Shown: positions 1 to 14,662, counted from the stretch's first letter. The stretch: 64,000 nt of DNA from Kiritimatiellia bacterium (GCA_050949565.1 JBMNFY010000017.1:1888001-1952000); one strand, 5' to 3'. The notes: a model not told the origin generated them from the letters alone. Made by a program: numbers and translations.

Positions 1-1
1 C

Positions 2-1078
2 CAGTCTAACCAGCTTCTGTGGGTGGCCACACGTCGGCCGGAGCTGCTTAAACTCGCCAAGATCTATCTGCCGATCCCCGCGCTCTTTTACTACTACCTC
101 GGCGGATGCACGGCGGTGGATTCGACCTTCGCGAGTGTCACGCAGATGATGGACGCCAAAAGGGGCAAGTGGAGCCGGGAGATCCTGAAGGCGCTGGGTA
201 TCCCCAAGAAGTTGATGCCTGAGATCGTCAAGCCCGGTACGCGTGTCGGCACGCTGCAGCCCAAGTTGGCCGCTACCTGCGGTCTGAACGAGGTGCCTCT
301 GATCGCGGTCGGCTCGCACGACACCGCCAGTGCCTTCGCCGCAGCGCCGGTTAAAAACACCAAAAAGGCGCTGATCATCAGTTCGGGTACGTGGTCGCTG
401 GTCGGCAAGCTGATCAAGAAGCCCATCACCACGCCCGAGGCGATGGCGTACGGCCTGAGTAACGAAGGCGGTATTGGCAACACGCGTTTCCTGCGCAACT
501 GCATGGGCACGTGGATCGTGCAGGAGTTGCTGCGCGTGTGGGAGATTGCGGACGGCAAGCGCATGGAGTGGAAAGAGGTGGACACCATCACGCCCGCCGC
601 ACCGGCCTTCACGGCGTTTATCGATCCCGACGATCCGCGCTTCTACAACCCCGCCGACATGGAGCAGGCGATCCGTAGCTTCATCGCCGAGACCGGCCAG
701 ACCGCACCGGCTGACCGCGGCACGGTGTTGCGCTGCGTCTACGAGAGTCTGGCGCTCAAATACCGTTACGTCAACGAGATGATCAACCGCGTCACCGGTA
801 CCGAAACCACGGTCGTGCACATCGTGGGCGGCGGCAGCAACAACCCGCTGCTCAACCAGTTCACCGCCGATTCAGTCGGCGTGCCGGTCTTGGCCGGACC
901 AAAAGAGGCGACCGCCATCGGCAACCTCATGGTGCAGGCGATCGGCGCCGGGATCATTCCGGATCTCAAGGCCGCGATGCCGCTGATCAAAAACGCTTTT
1001 CCGATCGCCACCTTCAAGCCGCAGGATACAGCGGCTTGGAACGCGGCGTACGAACGCTTTACAAAACTGCTGAAGTAA
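2..1078 (+). CDS. rhaB: Rhamnulokinase / FGGY sugar kinase, 5'-truncated by window edge
   Basis: Motifs VGSHDTASA, ISSGTWSL, NEGG, IVGGGSNN, GPKEATAIGN. The frame is open back to base 2. Confidence 0.85.
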   Translation, partial: QSNQLLWVATRRPELLKLAKIYLPIPALFYYYLGGCTAVDSTFASVTQMMDAKRGKWSREILKALGIPKKLMPEIVKPGTRVGTLQPKLAATCGLNEVPLIAVGSHDTASAFAAAPVKNTKKALIISSGTWSLVGKLIKKPITTPEAMAYGLSNEGGIGNTRFLRNCMGTWIVQELLRVWEIADGKRMEWKEVDTITPAAPAFTAFIDPDDPRFYNPADMEQAIRSFIAETGQTAPADRGTVLRCVYESLALKYRYVNEMINRVTGTETTVVHIVGGGSNNPLLNQFTADSVGVPVLAGPKEATAIGNLMVQAIGAGIIPDLKAAMPLIKNAFPIATFKPQDTAAWNAAYERFTKLLK

Positions 1079-1093
1079 AAGGAATACCGCACG

Positions 1094-2086
1094 ATGATGT
1101 CGCGTCTTTCTCTCTCCGCCGGGCTGATTGCCTTGGCGGGCCTCGTATCTGCCCAAGGGCTGCTTTCAAACAAGAACCCCGCCGTGTTGCTTGATGGCGT
1201 GGCCGCCTACGTCAACTCCGAGATGATCACCATCGGCGAGGTGATGAGCGAGGTGCGGCGCAGTCCATGGGCTGACACCGCGCCGGAGCTGCGCGAAAAG
1301 CGGTTGCGCGAGTTGTATGCCGCCACGCTCAACGCGTTGATCGACCGCAAGTTGATTCTGGCCGCCGCGCAAAAATCGAAGATGGAACTGCAATCCTGGG
1401 CGGTGGACAACCGCATCCGCGAAATCGTGGCCAACAACTTCGACGGTGACCAGACCAAACTGCACGACCTGCTGGCGGACCGCAAGATCTCTTTCGAGGA
1501 GTGGAAGAAGAACATTGAGGAGGACTTGCTGATCACGGCCATGCGCTACCAGCAGGTTGAGAAGCGCGTAGCGCCGACGCCTTCGGAGATACGCGCGGAA
1601 TATGAGGCCAACAAGGGGCGCTACCAGACCGAGACCGCGACAGCCGTTAGCATGATTATCCTCGATCCGCCGGCACAGGAGGGTGACGAGAGTGTCGAGG
1701 TGCGTGCGGCCAAGATCGCGAAAGCGCTCAAGGAAGGCACCTCTTTCGCCTCGCTGGCCAAGACCTATTCGCGTGATGCTAAAGCGGCGGATGGCGGTTC
1801 GTGGGGTAAGGTCAATCCGGTAGATGTCTTTCGGCGCGAGATCGTCGAGGCACTGGATAAACTGAGTCCGGGCGAGACCTCACCGATGCTGGTGCTGGAC
1901 GGCTACGGCTACATCGTGCGCAAGGACGAACAGCAAGACGCGCGTGCGCTGACCTTCGAGGAGGCCGCGCCGTATGTCGAAAGTCACCTGCGCATGCGCC
2001 ATGCGGAAAAACTCTACAAGGAGTGGACCGACCGCCTGCGTACCGAGTCCTACATCAAGATATTCGAGCTGCCGACCGGAAAGTGA
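1094..2086 (+). CDS. SurA-like periplasmic chaperone / PpiC-type peptidyl-prolyl isomerase
   Basis: Signal peptide, SurA N-domain (VAAYVNSEMIT) and rotamase motif FASLAKTYSRD...GGSWG. Lies next to rsmA, a common synteny. Confidence 0.8.
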   Translation: MMSRLSLSAGLIALAGLVSAQGLLSNKNPAVLLDGVAAYVNSEMITIGEVMSEVRRSPWADTAPELREKRLRELYAATLNALIDRKLILAAAQKSKMELQSWAVDNRIREIVANNFDGDQTKLHDLLADRKISFEEWKKNIEEDLLITAMRYQQVEKRVAPTPSEIRAEYEANKGRYQTETATAVSMIILDPPAQEGDESVEVRAAKIAKALKEGTSFASLAKTYSRDAKAADGGSWGKVNPVDVFRREIVEALDKLSPGETSPMLVLDGYGYIVRKDEQQDARALTFEEAAPYVESHLRMRHAEKLYKEWTDRLRTESYIKIFELPTGK

Positions 2087-2093
2087 GGCCCGC

Positions 2094-2996
2094 TTGAATC
2101 TCACCTCGCCCTCACAGGTCAAGGCTTGGTGCATTGAGAATGGGTTCCATCCGAACCGGACCCTCGGGCAGAACTTTCTCATCGACCGCAACATTCTGGA
2201 GGTGATCCTCGACACAGCCGGTGTAGCGGCGGGCCAGCGTGTGCTGGAAGTGGGGCCGGGGCTGGGTGTGCTCACCGAGGGAATGCTGGCGCGTGGTGCG
2301 CGCGTGACGGCGATTGAGAAGGATGCCCGGCTCGCCGCACGGTTGGCCGGGGCACTGGGCGATCCGGAGGGGCTTGAGGTGATCGAGGCGGACGCCCTGC
2401 AACTTGATCTGGACACGCTACTAGGTGGTGGTTTTGATGCTTTCGTTTCGAACCTGCCGTATTCGGTCGGCACCCGCATTCTGCTGGACGTAGCACTGCA
2501 CCGTTGCGCACCGCCTACCTTTACCGTGCTGGTGCAGGCCGAGGTGGCCGAACGCTTCGCCGCGCCGCCTTCGACCGCCGCGCGCGGCCAGGCCGGGGTC
2601 TGGCTTCAGCTTGATTACGACGTGCGTCTGGTGCGCACCGTCAAGGCCTCCTGTTTCTGGCCGCGTCCCGAAGTCGGTTCGATGATTGTGCGCCTAGACC
2701 GTCGCGGTAGCGACCTGACGCCGCAGGAGCGGGACGCGTTCTTCGCCCTTACGCGCTACGCGTTCACGTACCGCCGCAAGCAGTTTGCTTCAGTGCTACG
2801 TAAAGCGCCCGCGCCGCTGGGACGTGACGACGCAACGCTGACGGCACTTTTCGCTGCCGCCGACATCGCGCCGACCGCCCGTGCCGAAGAACTTACGAAT
2901 AACCAATGGCAGGCTCTGGCCCGCAGGTTCGCGGGAGCAGAGAGCCGGGAAAGTCGGGAGCGCGGGCGTCCCCGCCCGCAACAACGCGTCACGTAA
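2094..2996 (+). CDS. rsmA: 16S rRNA m6,2A dimethyltransferase
   Basis: LGQNFLID, VLEVGPGLG, VSNLPYS, FWPRPEV, RRKQ, RAEEL. Probable TTG start at 2094. Confidence 0.93.
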   Translation: MNLTSPSQVKAWCIENGFHPNRTLGQNFLIDRNILEVILDTAGVAAGQRVLEVGPGLGVLTEGMLARGARVTAIEKDARLAARLAGALGDPEGLEVIEADALQLDLDTLLGGGFDAFVSNLPYSVGTRILLDVALHRCAPPTFTVLVQAEVAERFAAPPSTAARGQAGVWLQLDYDVRLVRTVKASCFWPRPEVGSMIVRLDRRGSDLTPQERDAFFALTRYAFTYRRKQFASVLRKAPAPLGRDDATLTALFAAADIAPTARAEELTNNQWQALARRFAGAESRESRERGRPRPQQRVT

Positions 2997-3035
2997 AAGT
3001 CTGGCGTGCGTGTTTGCTCGGTTTTTTTGTTTTTG

Positions 3036-3280
3036 ACATGATTAACATGATTAACATGATTTGGAGGGCGAGTGTCCCCACGAGCCGCCTTCCGCTGTGC
3101 GGAAGGATGGTTTCAGGGTTCAGTGCTGAGCATCGGGAGGGACGAGCGTCTGCTCGTCCGCGGGCAAGCAGACGCTTGCCCCTCCCGGCAGCGGCGGTCA
3201 CGCCGCATCCGTCAAAACCTCTGCGTCTCTGCGTCTCTGCGTTAAAAAACTCTCAACGCTCAACTTTCAACTCTCAACGT
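3036..3280. repeat. Intergenic mosaic of short tandem repeats and small REP-like hairpins
   Basis: (ACATGATTA)x3 at 3036-3061, (CTCTGCGT)x3 at 3219-3242, (TCAACNY)x4 at 3253-3280, and hairpins such as GGACGAGC-gtct-GCTCGTCC. Confidence 0.8.
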
Positions 3281-3400
3281 TCTGCGGGCGGGGACGGCTC
3301 GCGCTCCCGACTGCGCATACGCAAACCATGCGCTAAACTCCGCATCCCCCTGTTACTAGCTGACTACGATTGACACGATTGATTGATGAGGGAAATGATC

Positions 3401-5651
3401 ATGAACTCACGCCCGAATGTTTCAAAGCCCGCAATCGCCATTTCAGGGTTGGGGGCGGTTACGCCCTTTGGTAGTGGTGTCAACGCCCTTTGGCAAGCCC
3501 TGTTGCGGGGTGACTCCGCGATCTCCGACATGGATCTCTTCGATCTGGGCGGCATTGCCTGTACGCGCGGTGGCGTGATTCGCAACTACACACCGCCTGC
3601 CGGTGTGGCGAGCACGCCACGTGCCTCCAGCTTTGCGGCCGGTGCCTGCCACGAAGCGCTCGCCCAGGCACGGTTGCTGGATGATCCCGCAGCGCTTGCC
3701 GAGACCGCCTTGATCACGGCATCGAATTTCGGCGATATCGACGCCGGCGAGCCCGCGCTTATTCCGCCCGGCCAAGAGGGGCGGCAACCCGCCGCTGGCA
3801 TCCACTGTGCGCACGCATCGCCTGCTGACAGGCTGGCCGAGACCTTCGGACTTGGCGGGTTGCGTATCGCGATTTCGCTTTCTTGCGCCTCCGGTGCCTC
3901 CGCCGCTGCCACCGCTGCGAATTTGATTGCGGCGGGTCGTGTAAAGCGGGTTTTGATCGTCGGCTACGATGCCCTCTCGCGTTTCTCGTGGAGTGGCCTC
4001 TGTTCGTTGCGCACCATGACCAAAGAGGTCGTGCGGCCCTTCGATGCCGCGCGTAGCGGCACCATCTTTTCGGAAGGCGCGGCCGCTTTGGTGATTGAGC
4101 GGGCCGATCTCTGCGCCGCGCGCGGCGCGACAGCGCTCGCGTGGCTGCGCGGCTGGGCGTCCGGCAACAACGGCCACCACATGACCGCTCCCGCGCCGCG
4201 CGGTGCGGGGTCGACTGCCGTCATGCGCGAAGCTCTGGTCTGCGCGGGTCTCCCGCCGGAAGCTGTCGACCACATCAACACACACGGCACCGGTACGAAG
4301 CCCAACGACAGCACGGAAACGCAGGCCATCCAAGACCTGTTCGGCGAACGCGTCGCCACCATTCCCGTGACCTCGGTCAAAGGTCTGTTGGGGCACATGT
4401 TGGGCGCGGCCGGATCGGTCGAGTTGATCGTCTCGGTGCTGTCGCTGCAACAGGGTGTTATTCCGCCGACCGGCAATCTCACCACGCCAGACCCCGAATG
4501 CGCGCTTGATGTTGTGACCTCACCGCGCAATGCCGCGCTTCACTGTGTACTCTCGAACTCGGCCGGTTTCGGCGGTTGCAATGCTGCCGCAGTTCTGACG
4601 TGCGACGCGCCCGAACCGCCTTGCGTCGCTCCGGGCGCAGCGGCGACCGTCCCTGTTTTGATTACCGGTCTGGGTGTCATCAGTGCGTTGGGTGCTGATG
4701 CCGAAGAGCACAGCGCGGCCCTTCAGGAGGGAGAGCCCGCCCTCTTTCCGCTGGCACGCTTCACGGTGCCGGAAGCCGCCGAGCCGCCGCTGGTCGGCGA
4801 GGCGCCCGATCTGGACCTCGACGCGTGCGGCGTCGCGCCCAAGGCGTATCTCGACCGCGCGAGCCAGCTTTTTTTGGCGGCGTGCGGCATGGCATTCCAG
4901 ACATCCGGGCTCGACGCCGCTGCGCTCTCCGCGCTGAACGTCGGCATCATGGGCGGAACGGCTTGGGGGTGCCCGTCAACGAGCCGAACTGTTTTTTGCC
5001 GACTTCATCCTCAAAGGCCCGCGTCTGGTCAAGCCGTTCCTCTTCCCGCACGCCTACGCCAATACCGCTGTCAGTCTGGCCGCGATGGAGTGGGCGCTGA
5101 AGGGCCCGCACGAGAACGCGGTGACGCGCGCGACCGCATCAGGCGTGGCGCTGATCGAAGCGTTTGACCTGCTCCGCAACGGGCGGACAGAGGTGATCGC
5201 CGTCTGCGGCGCGGACGCACTCTCCGGTGTCGCTCTGAACGTGCGCACCGCAGCCGGCGATCCGGCACCGATAGGCGAAGCCGCCGCCGCGCTGGTTCTC
5301 GAACACGCCGACACCGCCGAGGCGCGCGGCGCCCGTCCACTCGGTCAACTGCTAGGCTGCGGTCTTGCGCCGACGGCCGATGAGGCGCTCCAGACGGCGT
5401 TGACCCAAGCGGGGCAGACGCCGGACACATTGCACACCGTTTATGTCAACACCGCCGCCCGCGACGCGGCGGCGCGGCTCCTGCCCGGCCTGTCCATCGA
5501 AGAACCGGCGCTCCTGTGCGGCGATGTCCAAGGTGCGACCTCAGCCCTGCATCTGGTTCTCGCGCTATTGGCCCGGCCAACGAAGCCCGTGCTCGTCCTC
5601 ACAGCCGAACCCGGCGCATGCGTTGCGCTGATCGCATCGTGCGCGGCTTAA
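3401..5651 (+). CDS. Fused beta-ketoacyl synthase (FabF-like KS) plus a second Cys-less KS/chain-length-factor-like domain; frameshift at about 4980
   Basis: Domain 1 has the Cys-His-His triad (SLSCASG, NTHGTGT, LGHMLG). Domain 2 starts VLITGLGVIS and continues in another frame (ELFFADF...PFLFPHAYAN...MEWALKG) into ORF 5085-5651. Confidence 0.75.
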
Positions 5652-5724
5652 TGTCAGGCTTTGGCATCGGGTTTCAGAAGGGCAGAACTGAACGTTCTGT
5701 CGTGTTCTACGGTGGTGATAGGTA

Positions 5725-6169
5725 ATGATGCGCTTTCGTATAAAACCAGTCTTGATAGTCGCAGGCGCTATGGCGGCATCCCTTGTGGCGTTGTTCTCTC
5801 TGATCTCCTGCATTGAGTGGGCGTACATAAAATGGGAAGAGACTTTTGACATAGAGTTTGACTTAAATTTATGGAATCAAGGTAGCCGCGAACGACTGTA
5901 CTCTGAATTTGCAACACAGATTGACGCTCCTCGCTCCTCGCATCAAAATGTGTCGCGACATCATCGCGAAAAAACTTTTGCTGGGAAAGACAAAAGCAGA
6001 GATCGTTGATCTGCTCGGCCAACCAGACAATTATCCATTCAGAGAACCTTGGGGATTCAATTATTGGGTCGGTCTACAAAGGGGACCAATGAAAATGGAC
6101 TCTGCATGGTTGGCAATAAGGTTTGATGACACACATCATGCCGTTGAAGTTAAAATGAAACAAGACTGA
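5725..6169 (+). pseudogene. Low-GC membrane-anchored protein with SmpA/BamE-like motif, frameshifted by a 7-bp duplication
   Basis: ORF 5725-6009 (N-terminal TM) and ORF 5909-6169 (LLGKTKAEIVDLLGQPD) join in frame if one CTCCTCG copy (5927-5940) is removed. Confidence 0.6.
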
Positions 6170-6187
6170 GAACGCCCAGCACACGGT

Positions 6188-10220
<4,033 letters not shown>

Positions 10221-10304
10221 GGGGACAAGCTTAGCACGACGGTGCGCTCTGCGCGAGACGAAACGTTTACCCCTAAAAAGAGCAGTTGAACTTTCAACTC
10301 TCTT

Positions 10305-10450
10305 TGGTTTCTGGTTTCTGGTTTCAAGGTTTCATCCAAATCGGGATCGCTATCGGGATCGCTATCGGGATCGATTGTTTAACCACGGAACACACGGAAC
10401 ACACGGAAAGGCATGGCTCTGTTTCCGTGTGGTCAGTGTGTTCCGTGGTT
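10305..10450. repeat. Intergenic short tandem and inverted repeat cluster
   Basis: (TGGTTTC)x3, (ATCGGGATCGCT)x3, and (CACGGAACA)x3 facing its inverted counterpart ...TGTGTTCCGTGGTT. Confidence 0.8.
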
Positions 10451-10618
10451 CCAATCAGAAATTGCGTTCTACACCAAATAGGTGCGGCGCGGATCTCAAT
10501 GGAAGCCAATGTTTACAGGCCTTTGCTCAAAATCCGCACGCTCAACTGCCGTTTTTAGGTTTACTGGTTTTCTGGCTGGATCCCAGTAACCGTCTAAATA
10601 CCTGTCCCTCTGTTATCC

Positions 10619-10653
10619 AAAAAACTCCTGCCGCGCACCGCACGGCAGGAGTT
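10619..10653 (-). terminator. Intrinsic terminator of the lpoB operon
   Basis: AACTCCTGCCG...CGGCAGGAGTT stem with an adjoining A-run, which reads as a T-tract on the minus strand, downstream of lpoB. Confidence 0.7.
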
Positions 10654-10667
10654 CACTTATTACCTCT

Positions 10668-10767
10668 GGGGGTCTTGCAAAACCCCTTGCCTACAGGCGT
10701 GGCACGGGCATCTTGCCCGTGTTTCATGGGCGGGACGCCCATGCCACGAGAGGTTTTGCAAGATCCT
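10668..10767. repeat. ~100-bp palindromic REP/MITE-like element, copy 1
   Basis: Outer inverted repeats (TCTTGCAAAACC / GGTTTTGCAAGA) enclose the core GTGGCACGGGCA-tct-TGCCCGTG-ttt-CATGGGCG-gga-CGCCCATGCCAC. Confidence 0.9.
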
Positions 10768-10794
10768 TCTCTTACTTATTACCTCTTACTTTGC

Positions 10795-11397
10795 TCAAAA
10801 TCCGACGCGCGGCCTGACGCTCTCTTTGCGGATCTCTTGTTCATCCGCCCAGACCAACTCGCCGGAGCGCAAGTCTTTGAGCGTCATCGAGAACTTGTAG
10901 TACTGGTCCACTGTGCGTCCGACTTGCGTCTTGATTTCGCTTAGGGCACCGGTTAGATACATCTGCGCCGCACTCTGCTGGCCCGGCCTGATGGCTTTTT
11001 TCTGATCGGTCAGACCAAGGTTGGCTTGGGCGTCCATGAACTCGATGTCCGTGCCGGAGGTCGACTTATCGACGAACCGGAACATGCCGGAACGCAGTAA
11101 CTGCATGCGCAGCGAATCGGTGATACTCACCATATCAACATGCTGCGTCGTGCGGTTCTTGAGCGGCTCGACATCCAGCACCGGCCGTGTGCCGCCGACC
11201 GCCTCGCGCACGCCCGGCGCGCTCAACAGCGATTCCGCCATCTTCTCCACCGTGCGCCGCACGTCCTGCGGTTCCAGCTTGGAGGTGATCGGCGCGCGGT
11301 CGAGTTCCACTTCGCGTACTCGCGGCGTACTCGCGCACCCGGTTAACCACAGGGCTGCAACAGCCACGCCCGTCATCATCCACAATGTCTGTTTCAT
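10795..11397 (-). CDS. lpoB: Penicillin-binding protein activator LpoB family lipoprotein
   Basis: Lipobox LTGC, KNRTTQHVD, FRFVD, YYKFSMTLKDLRSGELVWADEQEIRK. Lies next to ycfL. Confidence 0.75.
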   Translation of the reverse strand: MKQTLWMMTGVAVAALWLTGCASTPRVREVELDRAPITSKLEPQDVRRTVEKMAESLLSAPGVREAVGGTRPVLDVEPLKNRTTQHVDMVSITDSLRMQLLRSGMFRFVDKSTSGTDIEFMDAQANLGLTDQKKAIRPGQQSAAQMYLTGALSEIKTQVGRTVDQYYKFSMTLKDLRSGELVWADEQEIRKESVRPRVGF

Positions 11398-11422
11398 CTC
11401 TTCCCTCTCTTTCGTTTTACAA

Positions 11423-11847
11423 TCAGTCTGCCGCTTCCAGATCCCGCACGCGCAGCTTCGAGGTCACGCACGCCGGGGAGTTCGCCACGCCGGTCACCGT
11501 GACTGTGTCGCGTCCTTCCAGAATCAGGTTGCGATAGGTCTTGGTCGCAGGGTCGATCTCCATACCGTTGATGTCGAACCACGCGATCCGGTAATTAAGC
11601 CGCAGCCGACGGTGTCTGGCTGACTGGAGCGTGATGTGGACGCGCTTGAGTCCGTTCACCTCATCATAGTTCACCTTGAGGACTTGGAGTTGATCCCGCA
11701 GCCGGGTGCTGTCCTCCAGTACCAGCGACGTGCCGGCCATGTGATCGGTCAGTCACCGAGGTGCCCGGCAGTCTCGACGCAGCCGGTCAGCGTAACCAGC
11801 GCGGCCGTCAGCAGGACGGCGCCGGCGAGAGTGGTCATACGTTTCAT
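11423..11847 (-). CDS. ycfL: YcfL (DUF1425) family lipoprotein, frameshifted near 11750-11765
   Basis: ATG at 11847 gives MKRMTTLAGAVLLTAALVTLTGC (lipobox). The downstream frame has LNYRIAWFDINGMEI. Confidence 0.65.
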
Positions 11848-11863
11848 AATGTCTCCTTTCTTA

Positions 11864-13396
11864 TCAGGGATGTGTGCCTACATGATACAATGTTTTCGGT
11901 CCGCCCGGAAGCGTGACCGGTGGAAAACCGGCTTGCAGGCTACCGCAGACGTGATAGTCGGTCGGCGCGCCCTTGCCGTTCAGCGAGGTCGTCGCGATAC
12001 GGGAGTTGCCGCCCAAGTCCGCCACCCACACCAGACGGGTTTCGCCTTCCGCCACCTTGACGGGGAAACGCGTGACAAAACCGTTTGTCTGGTTGCGTAG
12101 CTCAATCGTGTGTTCTCCTGGCTGGCATGCGCCACGGTAGAGATGAGCCACTGTCGGCAGCGTATACCACGCGCGCGTATCGGCCTTGTTGATCGCCGTG
12201 GCTACCGCCGTTGCCAGAAAGACCGCAGCCTGAACGCCATCGTTGCCGGCATTACGCGCAGCTTCCTGCGCGACGATACGCGTCGTCGCACGTGTGACGT
12301 TGCGCACCACGACGCCGGGCATCTTCTCTTTGAGATCGCGGTACGCCAGCGACTGGACCGAGAGCGCCAATGCACTCAAGCCACACGAGCGTCCGTTCTC
12401 CATAACCTCAACTGCCATCGGTATGTGGGCCGGATCCTGATAGAACGGGAAGTCCACCGAGACCACCGCCGATCCGATCGGCAGCGGCACTTTCATCGAG
12501 TGTCGTTGCGGCACAAAGCCCTCCTCCACGATCACAACCAATTCGGTGGGCGCACGCGCCAACGCGGCGGCATCGGTGCCGGCCTGCGCCGCTAACGTCT
12601 TGAACGCCTCGAAATCCTGTGTTCGCAGTGTCCGCAGAAAATCCTTCTGGACATACGGGTTGCCGGGGATCAGTTCCCACGCCTTGCGGTAGGCGAGCGC
12701 GGCGTTGGCTTGGTCCTTGTCCTCCTCGAGCAGGAGGCCGGAGAGGTACCACGCCAGGCCGTTCTCATACGAGCTGCGCGTCATCTCGATCACCGGTGCC
12801 ATTTCCTGCATACGGCCCTCGACCACGCCCATGCTGTTGGCAGACTGACCGGAAGCCGCCTGCACCCGCGCCTCCTCAACCTCCTTGCCGTACTTCTCGG
12901 CAATCTGGTCCTGCGCGAAAACCGCACGCCGCGCTTCGACCGTGGCCGCATCGCGTTGCCCGAGGAACAGGTGGTTGAGCATCTGATACTGGAGCGCGTG
13001 GATAAACTCATAAGCCGGCAGGTGGTACGGACGTGTGCGATCATCCGTAATCGTACCGGCCATCACCGTTGCACCAGCATCACCCAACTTGAATACAGGG
13101 CCGCTTTCGGTCTCCTCGATCACGGTGTCGATCGCTGCGGCGAAGTTGGTTGAGCTCCCCAGAAAATCGCCCGAGAGCATCCGCACGCGCCCCGTCTCGA
13201 CAAACCCCAGTTCCCGGCTGTAGGTGCTATGCTTGAGCTTCTCAGACCATGCCAGCGCGACGGGGTCGTTACCCGCGCGCAGACCGGAGCGCGCCCGGTC
13301 CACGCCGGGGTTGGTCGAGACACAACCGACCGTCGCGAGCAACGCAACCAAGCAGAACCCGAGCCACATATAGTCGGTTGAGCGTTGAGCGTTCAC
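11864..13396 (-). CDS. COG3014-type TPR lipoprotein (ycfL/lpoB-associated)
   Basis: Lipobox TVGC, helical repeats, EEGFVPQR, KADTRAWYTLP. Confidence 0.7.
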   Translation of the reverse strand: MNAQRSTDYMWLGFCLVALLATVGCVSTNPGVDRARSGLRAGNDPVALAWSEKLKHSTYSRELGFVETGRVRMLSGDFLGSSTNFAAAIDTVIEETESGPVFKLGDAGATVMAGTITDDRTRPYHLPAYEFIHALQYQMLNHLFLGQRDAATVEARRAVFAQDQIAEKYGKEVEEARVQAASGQSANSMGVVEGRMQEMAPVIEMTRSSYENGLAWYLSGLLLEEDKDQANAALAYRKAWELIPGNPYVQKDFLRTLRTQDFEAFKTLAAQAGTDAAALARAPTELVVIVEEGFVPQRHSMKVPLPIGSAVVSVDFPFYQDPAHIPMAVEVMENGRSCGLSALALSVQSLAYRDLKEKMPGVVVRNVTRATTRIVAQEAARNAGNDGVQAAVFLATAVATAINKADTRAWYTLPTVAHLYRGACQPGEHTIELRNQTNGFVTRFPVKVAEGETRLVWVADLGGNSRIATTSLNGKGAPTDYHVCGSLQAGFPPVTLPGGPKTLYHVGTHP

Positions 13397-13420
13397 GTTG
13401 ACCCCTCTTGGGTGTAGGCG

Positions 13421-14647
13421 TTACTGAACGGCATTTTGCTGGATGTTGATCGCGTCGCCACGGTTGCCGACATCACGCCAGGCCGCCGTGTCGAAATTGA
13501 CCTTGATACCTTTGCGCATCACCGCCTCGGCATAGCCGATGGCCACCGCCGCACGAAATCCCTCCAACGAACGGTAGCGCTGCAAACCAGCGTCCGACAG
13601 CTCCAACGCCACGCGGAAGGTCGCGCCGGGTTGGATGTTGACCGTCTGCTGCCACGGCTGCATCCACTGGCGCGTTACGCGCATCTGATGCAAGCCCGGT
13701 GTCGCCTTGAAAGTCCCGGGGGACGAGCCTACCGTCGCACCGTCGATCTCCACCGTCACGCCGCCGACCAGCCGCCGCATTTCGTCAAGCAATTCGTTCG
13801 ATGCGCGCACGCCGCTCTCAAGACCCTGAATCAGCTCGTCGACAGTCGTGGAGACGCTGAACTCGACCATCGTCGTGTCGACAGCCGGACCGCGACGCCA
13901 CGTCGGCGCCTTCTGGGCAATCTCCTCGCCGGTCGCAGTCGCCCACTGGTCAAACAGGTCGTTGTAGTAGTTGAGGGCGTCGCCGCCGTCGGTATATTGT
14001 CCGGGCACCGGCAACTTGTTGGTCCAGTTTGAACCGTAAACCGATGATCCTTGCGCCGCCTCGTTGACCTTGGTGCTCATGCGCAGCGTAAAGACGGTCA
14101 CCTGCCGGTCACCGGCGGTCCGGGCGGTATGGCTGGCGCCGATGATCGACACCAGCATGATGTAATCGCAGCCCAACATCTGTGCGACGCGCACAGTCGA
14201 GCCGCCCGTGAAGATGCCCTCGACCAGACCGGAGCGCTCTTCGGCCGTCGTGATCTTGAAACGGTTGAAGCCGTCCGCGATCTCCGCCTTATCCAGCACG
14301 ATCAAGCCGGCGCCGGCCAACTCGGCTGAAATACGATCACGTACGCCGTCCACCTCGTCATCCATACCCGCCACGCGCGTCTGGTTCTTGACGAAGATCG
14401 CGATCTTGGGGTTGACCGGCTGCGGCCGCGGCGCGAGCACCGCCCGCTTCACCACGTCCGCCTCGACGGCCACGACATCCAAGCCAGGGTTGGCTTCCTG
14501 CACCTTGGCCTTGAACGCCTTCAATTCAGCCGAGGAGTTAGGATCCAGTTTTTCAGCTTCGGTCACCACCTGCGCCCGCGATCCTGCGGCAGCACAGAGA
14601 ATCAGCGCCAGACTTACAGCCCAGCGTACACTTTTTTTCACAGTCAT
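13421..14647 (-). CDS. Secreted CsgG/TolB-N-like protein with PEGA domain
   Basis: Signal peptide, VAQMLGCDYIM, and PEGA-like VTVEIDGATVGSSP...PGLHQMRVTR. Confidence 0.55.
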   Translation of the reverse strand: MTVKKSVRWAVSLALILCAAAGSRAQVVTEAEKLDPNSSAELKAFKAKVQEANPGLDVVAVEADVVKRAVLAPRPQPVNPKIAIFVKNQTRVAGMDDEVDGVRDRISAELAGAGLIVLDKAEIADGFNRFKITTAEERSGLVEGIFTGGSTVRVAQMLGCDYIMLVSIIGASHTARTAGDRQVTVFTLRMSTKVNEAAQGSSVYGSNWTNKLPVPGQYTDGGDALNYYNDLFDQWATATGEEIAQKAPTWRRGPAVDTTMVEFSVSTTVDELIQGLESGVRASNELLDEMRRLVGGVTVEIDGATVGSSPGTFKATPGLHQMRVTRQWMQPWQQTVNIQPGATFRVALELSDAGLQRYRSLEGFRAAVAIGYAEAVMRKGIKVNFDTAAWRDVGNRGDAINIQQNAVQ

Positions 14648-14662
14648 GAAAAATCCTCCGGT

